This document shows, piece after piece, positions 62,543 to 64,000 of a stretch of 64,000 nt of DNA. Position 1 is the stretch's first letter. Each line of letters starts with the position of its first letter. Origin of the DNA: Felis catus. Taxonomy: Eukaryota. The notes beneath the pieces are model-generated. The model did not search any database. It was given only the letters and a program-made list of their open reading frames with translations, and was not told the DNA's origin. The stretch lies in assembly GCF_018350175.1 (NCBI RefSeq), contig NC_058368.1:158102001-158166000 (forward strand), given 5' to 3'. The translations under genes and the position numbers were made by a program.

Positions 62543-63084
62543 AGCTTACATTCTGGAACACGTTAAATAGTTAGTAAACATTAGCTCTTGGCATCGTGAC
62601 TTCCAGAAGCCTCTTTGCTTTGAATAACAGTTTGAAATACTTTCAGAATTTTGGAGTACATGGACATATACCGGAATCTATATTCATCAAAACCAGGAGA
62701 TGATTACATGATCTGTTTTTAATTGTTTTGTGTAGGTTGAAAAATGGGGAGTATTTTTTCCTCTTTTTAATGAGCTGCTTCTGTCTCCCCTGCACTCACT
62801 CAGATACTTTTCTTCATGTGCTTTCACTTCCCTTCTATGTGAAATGCCCTCCTTTGTCTTTCTTACCCAAATTGTAACCTGACCACAAGGTCCAGCTCTT
62901 TCAGAAGAAATGTAGCTCTCAGAACATGCATACTTTACCATGCAACACTGCATTGTGTGACTCTGAAATGATAATACCACGTTTTAAGTAAAACTTCCAG
63001 CACTAATATACTTGACAATCAATGTTTATGACACTGGTTCCATTGCTTAGAAAAGTTTTGGAATTTGTTCTTTAGAATTGCCTC

Positions 63085-63455
63085 TGCATTAGTCACAATG
63101 CATTAGGCTATGTTGTGTGACCAAAATATTCCAAAATCTCATTAGCTTAATGTTACAAAAGCTTATTTTTCACTCATCATATTCCAGTGTAAATCAGGGA
63201 GCTTTCGTGCAGACTCTGCTCCAAATAGTGATCCAGGAATTAAGGCCCTTTCCATTGTGTGAACCTGCCATCTTGGAATGCTTGGTTATGGGCTAAGAAG
63301 AGCATGGACAACTGTCCAGGAGATCTATGATCAGGACTGGAAGGGGCTTCCATATGTCACTGGCCAAAATCCAATCAAGTGACCCCAAGCTAACTCTGAG
63401 GATCTAGCAAATTTATATGCCTAGCTAGAGGAAATAATATTGGTGGAGTGACTCC
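63085..63455 (-). mobile_element. MLT1I/J-type LTR
   Basis: 'tgcattagtcac...ttaggctatgttgtgtgaccaaa...ccaaaatctcattagcttaa...caaaagcttatttttcactca'. Confidence 0.7.
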
Positions 63456-64000
63456 ACACAGAGTCATGGAGCAGGATGTGAGGAAGATCAGTTGCCCTGT
63501 GTTAAAAAGCTTTCAGTCAGTGTCTGAGGCAAAGTTGTATGCGATCATTAGTTATAAGTATGTAGAGATGCTAATTCCTTCAGTTCCCAGGGTGGCTAGA
63601 CAGAGATTATGGCAGCTGAGAGGACCATCCCCCCCTGCCAGGTTACCCACACTGGTCATAAACAGCCATGTCCATTTTACGCCAGTGTGCCATTCAAATA
63701 CCATTTTGTGGTATGAAAAAGAGAAGTACTACTATATGGTCATATCTAGTTATTGACCAAAAGTCATATCATCTGATTTGGCCACTATTCTTGGCTCTTC
63801 TCCCAAAACAAATTTTCCTCCAAAATAGCATCCTAATTATAGAAACTCAAACTAGAGTGCTATATAATCTAGAGGTAATTCTAAGAGAAGTTCCAAAAAT
63901 ATTCTAATTGGTGGCATTTCCAGGATAAATGTTAAAAGTCATTAGGGGGCTACTGTGAAAGGGATAGCCTTCATTTTTATGTTTGAAATAGTGTGCTTGT

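Noticed and set aside
1..64000. A novel multi-gene biological system
   Set aside because: No intact coding genes, CpG-island promoter or RNA genes found; the structure seen is explained by transposon relics, simple repeats and possible cis-regulatory sites

Overview
AT-rich, CpG-poor mammalian non-coding DNA. About 11 tRNA-derived CanSINE (SINEC_Fc-like) copies and a felid-type L1 3' end point to a cat-family (Felidae/Feliformia) genome. I find no convincing protein-coding exon, RNA gene, CpG island or prokaryote-type system. The listed ORFs are chance frames or frames inside repeats. The window is dominated by transposon fossils: L1, HAL1, L2, CR1/L3, MIR, MaLR/ERVL LTRs and hAT/Tigger DNA transposons. 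The most notable items are (i) a heavily decayed Ty3/Gypsy protease-RT relic at ~190-1560 (-); (ii) an LTR-less ERV-L pro-RT-RNaseH-IN relic at ~25650-28420 (-); (iii) two copies of an apparently low-divergence Tigger/pogo-type DNA transposon (41679-42533 and 59929-60146); (iv) a multi-level nested transposon stack at 14.7-19.3 kb; and (v) candidate enhancers at ~30.7 kb (RFX X-box + AP-1) and ~33.4-34.3 kb. Repeat family names come from my recall of consensus sequences, not a database search. Boundaries of old repeats are approximate.
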